From NCBI RefSeq assembly GCF_018350175.1, contig NC_058368.1, positions 237,772,001-237,836,000 of the forward strand: a stretch of 64,000 nt of DNA, written 5' to 3'. This DNA comes from Felis catus. Its lineage: Eukaryota. The notes beneath the pieces are model-generated. The model was not told the DNA's origin. It saw nothing but the letters and a program-made list of their open reading frames with translations, and ran no database searches. Shown in pieces: positions 23,650 to 35,370 of this stretch; positions within the stretch are counted from its first letter, which is position 1, and each line of letters begins with the position of its first letter. Position numbers and translations under genes: made by a program.

Positions 23650-24479
23650 AAATAAAAGAGTGTGTGCTATGGAGCGGGAGAAATGACATAGGAGGGAACT
23701 TTCCTGGGGATGAGAGAAGCTGATCTTTGTGAGTGTGTTTGTATTTTTATGATATACTTGGATGCTCGGAGGATGGAGACTTGTTTTCACCGACGATGAG
23801 AGCAAATAAGGTGTGTGGGCTCTAAAGATAGTGTCCATGTCCTGGGGTAAGACCTGAACAGGCCTCTGCGGACAGTTCTCGCTCAAAGATACCGGCTCCC
23901 GTAACCCCTAACACAGCCAAGCCACATGGCCAACTGCGACAACTTACGAAATGAGTGGACCAGAAAGTCAGAAGAGAGACAACTTAGGAGCCCCGTGTGA
24001 CCACCTTTGCAGGCAAACGTGGCATTACGTGGTCTGCCCCCAGGCCAGGATGGACACGGGAGATCTTCCCCACAGACATCAGAATGATGGCAAGGAGGTG
24101 CCCAGAGGTCACTGGTGAATGGTTCTGCCCTGAGCAAGGGCCCGTCTGGGAAGGACAGACTCCATCTCAGGGGTGGGACTTGAGGCAGGGAGGGCACGGG
24201 CGTATCCCACAGGATGGCTCTCCAGTTGTGTCAGAGGGAGGGAGTGGCCCAAGAAGGAGGGCAGAGGCAAGGGCAAGGCCATTCTCGCCAGGCTGCCTGG
24301 AACCAGAAGGACGTCTCAGTGTTCACGACGCACGGCGACAGTGCCCAGGCGAGGGTGACCACGTGCCTGTCCCCACAGAATGCTTCCAGGATGGCCGGGA
24401 AGCGGACATCGGGAGCACCTCGTTTGACCAGACGCTGCTCTGAAATCCCTTGTTTCAACACAGCGGACATTGTTAAACC

Positions 24480-24785
24480 TTTATTTGTTTGTTTGTTTGT
24501 TTGTTGAACCTATCGAATGAACTATATTTATTTAAATATATAGATTTATGTATATGTACATATATAGGAGTACATGTACTCACATGTATACACATATAAA
24601 TGTAGAAATACGTATGGTGTATATGTGTACATGTGTAGACAGATGAATTATATAAATGAATATACACGTGGATAAATGCGTGTGTGTATGTATGTACACA
24701 CAGACATGTATACGTCTGTTCACATATATGTGTGTCTATGTGTGCGTGTACAAATGCAAATACATCTACTCACGCGCACGTGTTT
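24480..24785. repeat. (TTTG)n followed by degenerate (TA/TG/CA)n low-complexity tract
   Basis: Read directly. Confidence 0.85.
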
Positions 24786-25599
24786 TTCTAACTCCACGTT
24801 CTACATAAGGGCTTGAGTTTGCAAATTGTTGAAGTTATTCCCGGGAGCGTGGCCCCCGAGGCCCCGGGGTGGTGGACGTGTCCTTCTGAGCCTGTGGACT
24901 CAGGGACTGTGACGGGCGATTCCCCAACTCTCCCAGGAAGGCTGCACTGGGACTCATTTCCTGACCCCGAGGACCGGGCCAGACTACAGCCCTTCCGAAC
25001 TGCTTTGTTTACCGAGTTCCCGGGAACAGCACCTGACCAGCCGCCCGCTGTGGGTCAACCCAACAATCAGAAAGGCAAACCCACTAGACTCGGCCCGGCC
25101 GCGTTGGGTTGTGAGGTCAGATCCTTTGAATGTCGTGATTTCATCGTCCCTTACGTGCCTTTGCCCCGGAAACCACTCAAGTACAGCTACTTTGATGAAA
25201 GTCAGCCAGAAAATGAAATGCTTTCATTATTTCATAATTATCATTCTGTTGACGCGTAAACCAGTAGGAGGAAATGCACACACAGGGTGCCGTGCGCACA
25301 CACGTGTTTTAATTATTAGCGTGTGACTCTGGACTCTGTTCAGCGTGAATTTATTCTGTCTAATTTGGGAAAGTATATCAAAATAATAAAGCACGTTGCC
25401 GCTGCCCAGCCCCGCGTGCGAGGGCAGGGCATGGGAGGGTCGCTGGAACGCGAGAGCCGAGCAGCGGGGCCGAGAGCCTCGGGAGAGTCCGCACACGCGT
25501 GTGCCCAGACGGCGCAGGCAACAGGGACACCTGCTCTCAGGTCGTGTCACACGCCGTGCCTTGGGCTCCTAACAGCCAGCTTAAGTGTGCATGTTCGGA

Positions 25600-26560
25600 T
25601 TTAATTCATGCTTAAGATGCATTTTATTAGAAATATTTTAATCTTCCATGGTAGATCAATCAAATTGAAGTTAATTGGCCAAAAAAGGCTCCCAATTGGT
25701 TATTCCCAATTGTTCTTTTGCATATTCGGAACTTTGTGGATTGAAAAGCTACACAAGAGGCATTACTATTAGTGGAAAAATGTTTAATAGTAAAACACAG
25801 CCAATCTGATCTGCAGTACATATCACCTCACCACACTCCCAACAAATATTCATTAAGGGCTCCAAAGAACACGCTTTCCTTTGGATCATGCGGCATAAAA
25901 AAGCTCTATTCTCCCAACAAAGATGAAGCAGAGACAACTAAAAATTTCCCATGAGCACTTGGAAAACAATGAGAAAATTGAGTTTAATGATGGAGAATTA
26001 TAAGCGAGTCTGTGTCTGGAGGAGAAACAGTGCAAGCATAAAAATTGCCTTGTGTTGGGAAGAAATTTGTTATTGCCCTGACGAGATTAACCGCGGTAAT
26101 TGGCACTGTTTTTTTTCCCCCTCACATATTGTGCGGCCCTGCAGAGGCAGTGGTAATAAATAATTCGCACTTAGCCGCACCATTGGTCATTCCGAGGCGC
26201 TGTCACGGCCACCTCCCCCATCCAGGGAAGATAAATGTGATTTAAATTAATAGCCAGTCCTAAATAACTCCTCAGCTGGTAAACGGCGCATTTATCAGGC
26301 CCAGACAGGCAGTGTCCTTTGATTCATGGTCCCCCCCCTACGATGTGAAGGGTGCGTACAAAAATTGTTATTACTTTTTAATAAAGTGTAGCAGTCTGTC
26401 TTCAGTCATTTATCAGAAACGGTGGCATTCTGACAAACAGAAATATCTTAGCAGAGGATGAATGAGAGGGGTAAAGGACACATTTCTCAACAAAACTAAT
26501 CACTGCCTAAATAATCGCATAAAAGTCAGTTTTTAAGTACCTTGAAATAAATGTATCCAG
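25600..26560. promoter_or_regulatory. Large candidate conserved non-coding element / enhancer cluster
   Basis: ~1 kb without recognisable repeats, AT-rich; ATCAATCAA (PBX-like, 25655), TAATTGG x2, TCCCAATTG x2, GATAAATG x3, CTGTCA. Confidence 0.5.
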
Positions 26561-27778
26561 AAAGATACAGGCCGTGTGGGTTGTCGAACTAGAAACTAAA
26601 CAAACTATTTCTGTATTCACCTTCGCAGGCAGGAAAACTCCCGTGATGGTTGTCAGCCCTGTGTGGTACGGACGCAAATACATGTCGAAGCGGTTCCGCG
26701 AGAGGCACCCACACCCTTCCCGGCCCGCGCCTGGCGGGGTGCTGGCGGGTGCGACCCATGCCCAGACCCCCGCCCCCCCCCACTCCCCACCCCCTCCGGG
26801 TCTGAGCGGCCAGGGCCACAGCTCTCTCTGCGTTTTTAACATTGAAACTCTGTGGCCATTGCTTTTAATCTCCCCCTCCCACACACTTTCCAGGGAAGCA
26901 GCCCACTCCGTTGGCTCGCGATTCATTCTGTGACTGATGGTCCACGCTTTGCGGAAGATACTTGCAATTACCCACATAATTGGATCGGTCAGCGGAAATT
27001 ACAAAGGAACCTCACAGCCCGCTGTCCACGGAAATCCTTTCTGTCTCGAGTGAATGGCCAGTAAAACCTCCGCTGTGTGACCAGGTCACCCTTTCAGAGC
27101 TACCGGGCAGGTTCAGAACGGGGACCCCTTGCTCAATAATTTCCTTTGTGCTTGGGGAGATCGGGCAAGGCCCACAGCTGTCTTCAGTTACACAGAACCA
27201 GGCTGCCTGCTCTTGGGAGAGGCTCGCTCCGGCAATCGCCCCGGCCCACCGGGGTTCTCCCTTTCCTGGGTCAGCCTGGCTCTGAAGGGGGATTTCACCT
27301 CTCCGGATTCGCTGCCAGCTTTAGGCTTTAAGGTGTTAATTCATTAGAAATCCTGATGTGCGTTTTGAAATTAGTTAATGCTCCAAGCACTTGGAACGGT
27401 GTCCACCCGCCAGGGTCCTGAGTGAGGGGACCTGTGCGGGCCGCTGGCACTCAGGCACCTTCACGGCGGGGAAATGAGCGAAGGGCGACCCGGGAGACAA
27501 ACGAAAGTCAGACTAGCTGAGACGGCACGTGTGTTGGGGGCTGTAAAGCCCCTTCCCGGTGGTCACAGCCGTGCAAACTCTCCCCGTTGAGCGGGGTCCG
27601 CACTGTCGCAGACGCTTCTCCGCCGAGGCCTGCTCCGTCCCGGGGGAAGGTCAGCTGGCCCGATCGGTGGTCATTTGAAGACACTGCAGATTGTAGATCA
27701 TCACAGGGAGGACATCCCGGGGCTGGCACCACAATTCAATGTCACCAAAATGAAAATAAGCATTTTGCTTGAAAGGCC

Positions 27779-27806
<28 letters not shown>
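27779..27806. repeat. Poly(A) tract
   Basis: Read directly. Confidence 0.95.
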
Positions 27807-27809
<3 letters not shown>

Positions 27810-27838
27810 TTCTGTAATATGCCCATGTCCCCATTTCT

Positions 27839-28049
27839 TTTTTGTTAATGTTTATTTAGTTTTGAAGGAGAGAGAGACAGAGCGTGAGTGGGGGAGGGGC
27901 AGAGAGAGAGGGAGACACAGAATCGGAAGCAGGCTCCGGGCTCCGAGCTATCAGCACAGAGCCCGATGTGGGGCTTGAACTCACAGACCGTGAGATCATG
28001 ACCTGAGCCGAAGTCCGACGCTTCACCAGCTGAGCCCCCCGGGCGCCCC
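27839..28049 (-). mobile_element. SINEC_Fc-type CAN-SINE with 13-bp TSD
   Basis: SINEC body; TSD TGTCC(C/T)CATTTCT at 27826-27838 and 28051-28063. Confidence 0.96.
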
Positions 28050-28639
28050 GTGTCCTCATTTCTCAACAGGGACTGAAGCCTGTGGCCATTACACCCCACG
28101 GGCTAGGCATGTCACCTCAGCTGCGGCTGGTCCGGGCCGTCGGTTACTCACCCAGGCAATAAATAGTGAGGTTCGCTCTCGGGGTCCCGAGACTCGTGCG
28201 GGGTGCTCTGGGCGGCTTCTCTTGCCGATACCGTGCCCACGTCGGGCCAGGCTCACGCTGGGGAGCGTGTTCTATCGTTCTGCAAAGAGCCGCGGCTTCC
28301 CTATGCAGCTCATGGGTTTTGAGGGGACACAAGCCCTCGGGGCAGAGGTAACGGCTTGCTTCTGGAACGATCAGAGCCACTCTTCTTACAACCCCCTGCG
28401 TGCTGTTTGTCACTCAGAATAGTTCCAGTCCACGACTCGTGTTCCAATGCCTCCGGCCTGCTCCCTCACCACTAATTCCGTCTGGAGAGTCACCGGCCGC
28501 CTCTGAGCTGTCCCACGCGAGCCACACGTGGGCGGGGAGTCTGGCGGTTTGTAAGGGCAAGACCGCCCGTGTTCTTTCCCCAGCACCGGCCTTCTGAGCC
28601 TCCATAACCGGGGTTGAAAGAGGGATCCTGCCTCCTGGA

Positions 28640-29270
28640 ATTCCAGAGGCCGGGTGGGACACAGAGAGGCCCTCGTACAGTTCCCCACCGAAGACGGAAC
28701 ACAGCTCCCCGGAGCCTCCCGCGGGGCCGGCCCCGCGCCACACACGCGGGTAATAGTCAGTCCATTAACCTTTGCTCACGGCAACCTGCGTGCTTTTAAA
28801 ATACCTTCCCGGTAATAGCTGTGCCCGGGAAAGGGCAGCGCGCCCCTGCACGCCGGCCCTGCAGTAATAGGCTGGGCTCCGGCCCCACCTCCTGCCTGTC
28901 CCTCTCTCCCCCTCTCTCCTTCCTATTGTTTAGAAGCTAATCTAAAAGGAGCCGCGGAGGCAGAGGTCGGTTAAACTGTGACGCAAATGTTATTCCTCGA
29001 TTATCTGGCTGGGGTAAATGTCAACTGCTCCGGGCTCAGGCAATTGGGGAGGCAGCGCGAGGCCGCGGCCAAGCGAGGAGGCGGGAGAAGGCAGGGGCCG
29101 GGCGGGCGCTGCGGGGCCGGGCGCTGAGCACCTGCTTCTCCGTCCTTCCCCCCGCCTGTGGCGGTCCGGGCACCCAGCTAGCCGGCCCGCCGCCCTGGGC
29201 GCCCGCCCTGAGCCCTCCCTCCCTGTGCCTGTCCTTAGTAAACAGCTCTGCGGGGCTAGGGCTCTCCTCT
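28640..29270. promoter_or_regulatory. CpG-island-like region with embedded AT-rich motif blocks (candidate orphan CGI / enhancer)
   Basis: Visibly dense CpG/GCGC (e.g. 29050-29210) interleaved with GTAATAG x3, CCTATTGTT, TAATCT and GTAAATGTCA; CpG o/e not computed. Confidence 0.45.
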
Positions 29271-29963
29271 GAACGTCACACACCCACTTGAATAGGACGG
29301 CAGCTTCCACAGCAAAGGCAGCGTGGATGCCCCCACGTGCACACGCGTGTATGCACAGCACACGCACGCACACACACGCGCACATGGATACGCCCCACAC
29401 ACGTACTTTCCTGTCCCTGTAGAGGTTCAATGCAGCAAAGTGAACACTTCCTATAGAAGTGACATTGTTTTGCAAGTTAGATTAGAGCCTTTGTATTTCA
29501 CGTGAAAATGCAGATGTTATATTCCCCAGAATAGCAGGCCATCGAGCAAACGGCAGCGGGAACTGTCTTTGAGGCCTGGCATCCGGCTGGCGACAAGAGG
29601 CAAGGAGGCAAGGAGGAGACGCCGTCTGTCATTTGGGGCAAAGATGGAGTGGAGCCGACGGGTCACCGCCCCCCAGCCTGGGGCGTCTGTGGCTTCGCTG
29701 CCCGCTCCCGCTCCGGGCCCTGGGTGGGCAGGACTGGCCGTCACCCTGTGAACACAGGGAGCTGCTTTCCACCTGTGGGCACCTCGGCCCCAAGCCCGGT
29801 GGGTGCCAGGGCCCAGCCGTGCGCTGAGGCCAGAGGGGCCGAGGGCCGTGGGGAACGGGGGTCCCACCCTGCCCCGCAGGAGAGGTGGGTGTGCCGGGTT
29901 GGGAGACCTGGACGGCCCCCAGGGTGGACACGGGTTTCGTTTTAGCTGTCGCTCGTTCGTCCG

Positions 29964-29984
29964 TTCTCTTCCTTTCTTTCTTTC

Positions 29985-30025
<41 letters not shown>

Positions 30026-30362
30026 TTTCTTTTCTTTTTTTGTTTCTTCTTTCTTTCTTCTTTCTGTTTTCTTTCTTTCTTTCTTTCTTTCTTTCTTTTT
30101 CTTTCTTTCCTCTTTCTTTCCTTCTTTCTTTTTTCTTCTTTCTTTTTTTTTCCATCTTCTTTCTTTCTTTTTTTCTTTCTTCTTTCTTACCTTTCTTTCC
30201 TCTTTCTTTTTCTTCTTTCTTTTCTTTCTTTCTTCTTTCTTTCCTTCTTTTCTCTTTTCTTCTTTCTTTCTTCTTTCTTTTTTTCCATCTTCTTTCTTTC
30301 TTTTTTTCTTTCTTCTTTCTTTTCTTTTCTTTCTTTCTTTCTTTCTTTCTTTCTTTTTTCCT
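29964..30362. repeat. Complex (TTTC)n polypyrimidine tract, ~400 bp
   Basis: Almost pure C/T with only a handful of purines. Confidence 0.97.
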
Positions 30363-31712
30363 CGGTCCAGTTCCTTGGGTGACAGAATTCTTATTAACAC
30401 CCTATTTTAAGAACAGGGATCCAATGATTTACGTATTCATAATTTAGAGCCAGGCAGTGGCCGGGCACTTGCTGTCACAATGACAGACTATACACAGCAG
30501 TGAAGGCTCCCTTCTTCCCCAGGCAGCGGGTAGAGGGCACAGAAACCACAGCCTGTTCTGGCTCCCGGTCCTGTGCTCCAAGCCCCGGCTGTCCACCCAG
30601 GCACCCACGCGGAGAACCCTCCTCAAGGTGCCGAGGCCCAGGACACAGTCAGATTCTGAGAAGGACAGAGGCCTAGATGCTTCTGCGAACCCCAGTTCTC
30701 ACCCTCCCGTGCGTCGGAGGCCCTGAGGAGCCGCCTGTGGGGTTCGGCACCTTCCTCCCCCTCCCTGTGGGGTGGTTTCCATCCTGCACGAGCGCTTCTG
30801 CGGCCTGACCAAGGGCCAGGGCGAGTGTGTGTTTAGTGCCCAAGAGAGGTGTTCACACGCTTTATAAAATACGATAAAAGTTAATTCCTGGTACAAGGGG
30901 ATTTTAAAGCCCTGAATTTCCATGCTTGGGATGGGATTTATGTTTGAGGTAGATGCAGCAGACATAAACTCACTCTGTCCGGCTGTTAAGAAACACTCTC
31001 CAAGTGTTCGCTCTGGGTGTCTACACCTCTCCTTGGGAGCCCGTACGAGGGTATGGAATAGTGTGTTCCCTCCCTGTTGGCTCAAACGTACACGAGTAAG
31101 ATGGGCTTCCTGTCCATTAGCCTAGAAAAGACGAACAAAAACCGAGATCCAGGGAGAAAATAATACATTCGTAAAGCCTGCAATTCACCCAGGCTGTCCT
31201 GTGCCTCTGCTCTGCCCGCGGTGGCCTCCTGCTTCATCCGGAATCTCTAAGAGGCTTTATAGTTATTTCAGTATTACAGACACCAAGCGAAGATGCAGAG
31301 GAGAGCCTCTCTGAGGCGAGTCCATGGCGAGGGGCAGAGGAGTCCTGAGGCCCCACCAGCAGCAGCCCACTGTGAGGACGGGAACCCTGGGCAGGCCCCA
31401 TCCTGGGGTTCCAGGTCCTACCAACGGGCACTGGCCCAGAGACAAGTCCGCTTGGTCCCTTTCTTACCCCTGCAGTGAGGCAGAAAGGTTTACCTAGGTT
31501 TAAACAAACATAAGTGCTTTTAACGCTTTTTTTTTTTTAATTTTTCAGAACAGTATATACAACTGTGTTATAAACAGGGAGGAAAGTAAGGATTAAATGC
31601 AAAAGAATGACTTATACTTTTCCCTGTTCCAGTGAAAATTAGACGTTTGAGCACCAAAATGGAGACAGGATTTGAATCTAATTCTAGCTCTTTCAAAAAT
31701 TTAGTAGTATCT

Positions 31713-31930
31713 GGGGCGCCTGGGTGGCGCAGTCAGTTAGGCGTCCGACTTCAGCCAGGTCACGATCTCGCGGTCCCTGGGTTCGAGCCCCGCGTCGGGC
31801 TCTGGGCTGATGGCTCAGAGCCCGGAGCCTGTTTCTGATTCTGTGTCTCCCTCTCTCTCTGCCCCTCCCCCGTTCATGCTCTGTCTCTCTCTGTCCCAAA
31901 AATAAACGTTGAAAAAAAAATTAAAAAAAA
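31713..31930 (+). mobile_element. Young-subfamily SINEC_Fc
   Basis: ggggcgcctgggtggcgcagtc...cttcagccaggtcacgatctcgcgg...ctgggctgatggctcagag...cccccgttcatgctc...tgtcccaaaaataaacgttg; many CpGs retained. Confidence 0.96.
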
Positions 31931-32129
31931 ATTAATAATATTTTAATTTTAAAATAGTAAATTAAAATGCTATCACATATTGCTATAACCTCTTTCTCCA
32001 AAGGAACCCCACGTACTCGAGGAAGAGAGAGGAAAAGCCTTCCTTAGCGTCCTGGGACGAATTTTGGTGAGAGCGCTGCAGACGAAACTATTTCCCGTCG
32101 TCATCAGCACAAAGGGCGCTGCCGGGGAC

Positions 32130-32400
32130 ACGGGCTATTTTAAAGCATTATTTATGTTGCTCCCTTTCTAACAGGACTTTGCAAATATTTATGAAACTCC
32201 CACATCGGTGTTCTTCTTTTTATCTTTCTGTTCGCCCAGCCCTGTTACAGCCTAATTGAAATACAATAATTATAAATGGGCTTAGTTCCTCGATTTAATT
32301 TCCTTGCAAGGAGCGTCATTTATTTTGCTTTGGCTTCGTTAACATGCCTTAATTAAAAGATTTAACAAAGCTAAGGAAACAAAATGCCTTCGGGGGCATT
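32130..32400. promoter_or_regulatory. Candidate conserved non-coding element
   Basis: Unique AT-rich island: TTTGCAAATATTTATG, CTAATTG, ATAATTAT, TTAATTAA. Confidence 0.35.
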
Positions 32401-32574
32401 GAACCTTGGGTTCCATCTGTAGGATGACCTGGCGACTAGGTGCGAGTGCTCCTGAAGGCCAAGAGGGGCCCCCCGCTCCAGGAAGGGGGCCCCCCGCTGC
32501 CTCACAAGCCCAGACGTGCGAAGCAGGGAGAAGTTCTGAAGGCTCAAAGTCTGTGTGTGTAGCTAACGTGGCCA

Positions 32575-32670
32575 CGTCCACGCTGCGTGTCCATGGGCAG
32601 GTAGTTAGTTCTATCGAATCCCCATTGCCTCGTTTTTTAAACGGGGCAAAGATACCTACACCGTGGGGCC
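32575..32670 (+). mobile_element. MIR fragment
   Basis: gctgcgtgtccatgggcaggtagttag...cctcgttttttaaacggggcaaagatacctac resembles the MIR core. Confidence 0.55.
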
Positions 32671-34875
32671 ACTCTCACTAATAAACACACTCTTCTGGCG
32701 AAGCCCTCATTTAACGTTAACTATCAGGCCCAAGGTGAGTCCTTAACAAGTACATGTGCTGCCCAAAAGCATATTAGTTTTGGATAAAACACCAAGTTTT
32801 AAAACTCAAGCGGCAAATGAATTACTACAATGGCAATAAAACGTTCTGAGAAAATAGATTTCTCCGTCTGTTGACAACGCTAACAGTCAGCTAATATGGA
32901 AACCGCTTTAGATGGGTGTGTAAGATGCCTCGTGTGAACACAAACTACTTTACCATCGTTCTTGGCACCTAGGTTCACAGCTGGATCTGGTTTCTTAGCC
33001 TTTCAAGTCCGTTGAGGGACACCAAAGAGAAAGTGACTCTGGCATCGGGGAGCCGTGTGGGCCCTGTGACTCAACAGGTACGTGAATTGAAAAACCACGC
33101 CACCTACACGACCTGTCTTCTCCCCTGTAGCATAGGCAGGCAGGACTGGATTGTCTCCAACACGACCGCCCAGCACAAAGCGACAGGACGGCTTTACCAG
33201 TGTGGCGCGAGGGCGAGATCTCCTGGTGTTCGTCTTCCCGCCTCTCCAGGGCCCCTCTGATGAGGGGGGTGCCTGGGCTCCTGGGTGGTCAGCACAAACA
33301 CAAGCCAAAACTCTGCGAGTAAAGGAAAAGACACCTGCTGGGTCTCAGTCCTGAGTGTGTGCCAAATGCTTAAAAGATCCACGGATGTCCTCAAGTCCAA
33401 GAACGGTGGGAAGAAGAAATAAGAATGGAAGACGTAATCTTTACTACCAAAGTGCCTTTGGTCCAGTTCAGGAAAAAATATCACATTAAATGTAAGCGAA
33501 CACGCTTGCAAATGCGGTTTAGGAGTGTGGTGTGCTTGCACGGGCGGCGCCTGGAGTTAGAAACCAGGGACACAGTAGCTGAGGCTGCCCTCCACTTTAT
33601 CTGCTCTGCTCGCCACTAAATCACCTTAAAGTGGGCATAGCCAATTTGACAATAAATTACATTAAATAAATAAATAAATAGATAAATACCAAGGAGACAT
33701 AAGATCTAAAAAAAAAAAAAAAAATGAGCGTAGTAATTGTGTCGCACTGTTTTGAGGGCGAAACAAAATAATGTGCATCAATGTGCTTCGACAACTATAA
33801 GCTGTTATGTAAACGTTAGTCTTTCTGTGAGTTTTTTATTTCAAATCGTAAATTATTTGTAGGGTTGCGGAATGCTGCTTGGTGAGTCGGGTTCTGGAAG
33901 ATGACAGCATGACCGGAGTCAGGGAAGTGGAGGTGAATGGAAGGTGCCGTTCCCCTGGGGCTCTGGGACTCGTGTAGACACCTGCGTGTGTGGAGCGGAC
34001 TTCGTGTCACGGGAAGTGGAAGTGGCAGGTGTGAGAGGCAGACCGAAGAGTGCGGGCCTCAGGGTCCACTCGCGCCCTGTCCATCCCCTGGGTGCTGGGA
34101 CAAACACCGTCCTTCCTCTGCTCTGAGGACCGCTCACAATCAGACATGGCGTTCAGGACAAAAGAGATCATGTAATGGTGGTGAGAATGACAGAAAGGAC
34201 CAGTGAAGTGTCTCTGTGTATCTGGAAACGCCGGTGTCCTGGTGACACCGGGAGAATCGTGTGCTGGGGTTCTCCCCGTGGCCCTCCTCACACCGTTGGA
34301 CGACAAGCTTACCGGCTGACGTGGACTTCGTGATCTTAGGCGGTAAACATAAACAACCAACACCTTCCCCATTTCACCCCCTGTGAACCAGGAGCCGGGG
34401 AATATACAGCTGCCGCCAAACACGTGCTGGCAAAGAGCACGGAGAACGTGAGCACCCACGTTACTCAACGGGCCCGACAAATTATCTGCACAAAGACGAT
34501 CCCATGGGGAAACACCGTCATTCTACGTCGGGTCTGGATCCGGCACAAAGCGACTTCCTGAAGCGTATCGTTGGGGAAGAAGTCTTTCCTTCTACAGCAT
34601 CAAACCTGAACAGCACTTGGAAACATAACAGCTAACAATAGATTTTTAAAGAACAAAGGAAAGATCCCAGGTCCCTTTGGATGCCTTCTGCCATCGCCAT
34701 ATACGTTCTGTTATTAGGTGCAGCATTATTTCTCTATTTCTGTGCCACCTGATGAAATATTCCATTGCCCCGGACGTGCTCACTGCCTTTTCTTCTTAGC
34801 TTCCCATGGACTCAAGAAGAGAAATGAAGTAAACAAAGCATGAGTCCGGTCTAACGGGAGCAAATGAACTCCAGC

Positions 34876-34950
34876 TTCATTCATTCACCAAGTATTTCCT
34901 GCGGGCCTACTGCGTGCCTGGAAGTTCTGAGCCTTGCTGGAGGGCACGGA
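34876..34950 (-). mobile_element. L2 3' end
   Basis: ttcattcattcaccaagtatttcctgcgggcctactgcgtgcctgg matches the antisense L2 terminus. Confidence 0.6.
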
Positions 34951-35168
34951 GTCTGGGAGGGGCAGCTGGGGGATGGCGACGCTGGGGGGCTCCTCAGAGC
35001 GCGGTGCTCGAACATTCACTCGCTGGGTCAGAGCCACGCCAAAGGAGGAATCAAAACTCAATGGTCAGTTTTAGAAACAGGAGGCAGAGCGTTTCTGTGA
35101 AGGAAAGAAAAAGGGTTGACCTGAAGTCTATTCGTTTAGGAAATTGAAAAGGAGATGGTTGATATGTG

Positions 35169-35370
35169 TTTTTTTTTTAATTTTTATTTATTTCTGAGAG
35201 AGAGAGATAGAGCATGAGCAGGGGAGGGGCAGAGGGAGACACAGAATCTGAAGTAGGTTCCAGGCTCCAAGTTGTCAGCACAGAGCCTGACACAAGGTTC
35301 GAACTTACGAACCGTAAGATCATGACCTGAGCTGGAGTGGACGCTTAACGAACTGAGCCACCCAGGCGCC
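35169..35370 (-). mobile_element. SINEC_Fc-type CAN-SINE
   Basis: T-tail, (GA)n, gatcatgacctgagc...ctgagccacccaggcgcc. Confidence 0.94.

Noticed and set aside
29517..30447. K/E/R-rich and F/L/S-rich ORFs of 150-214 aa
   Set aside because: Translations of the (TTTC)n tract.
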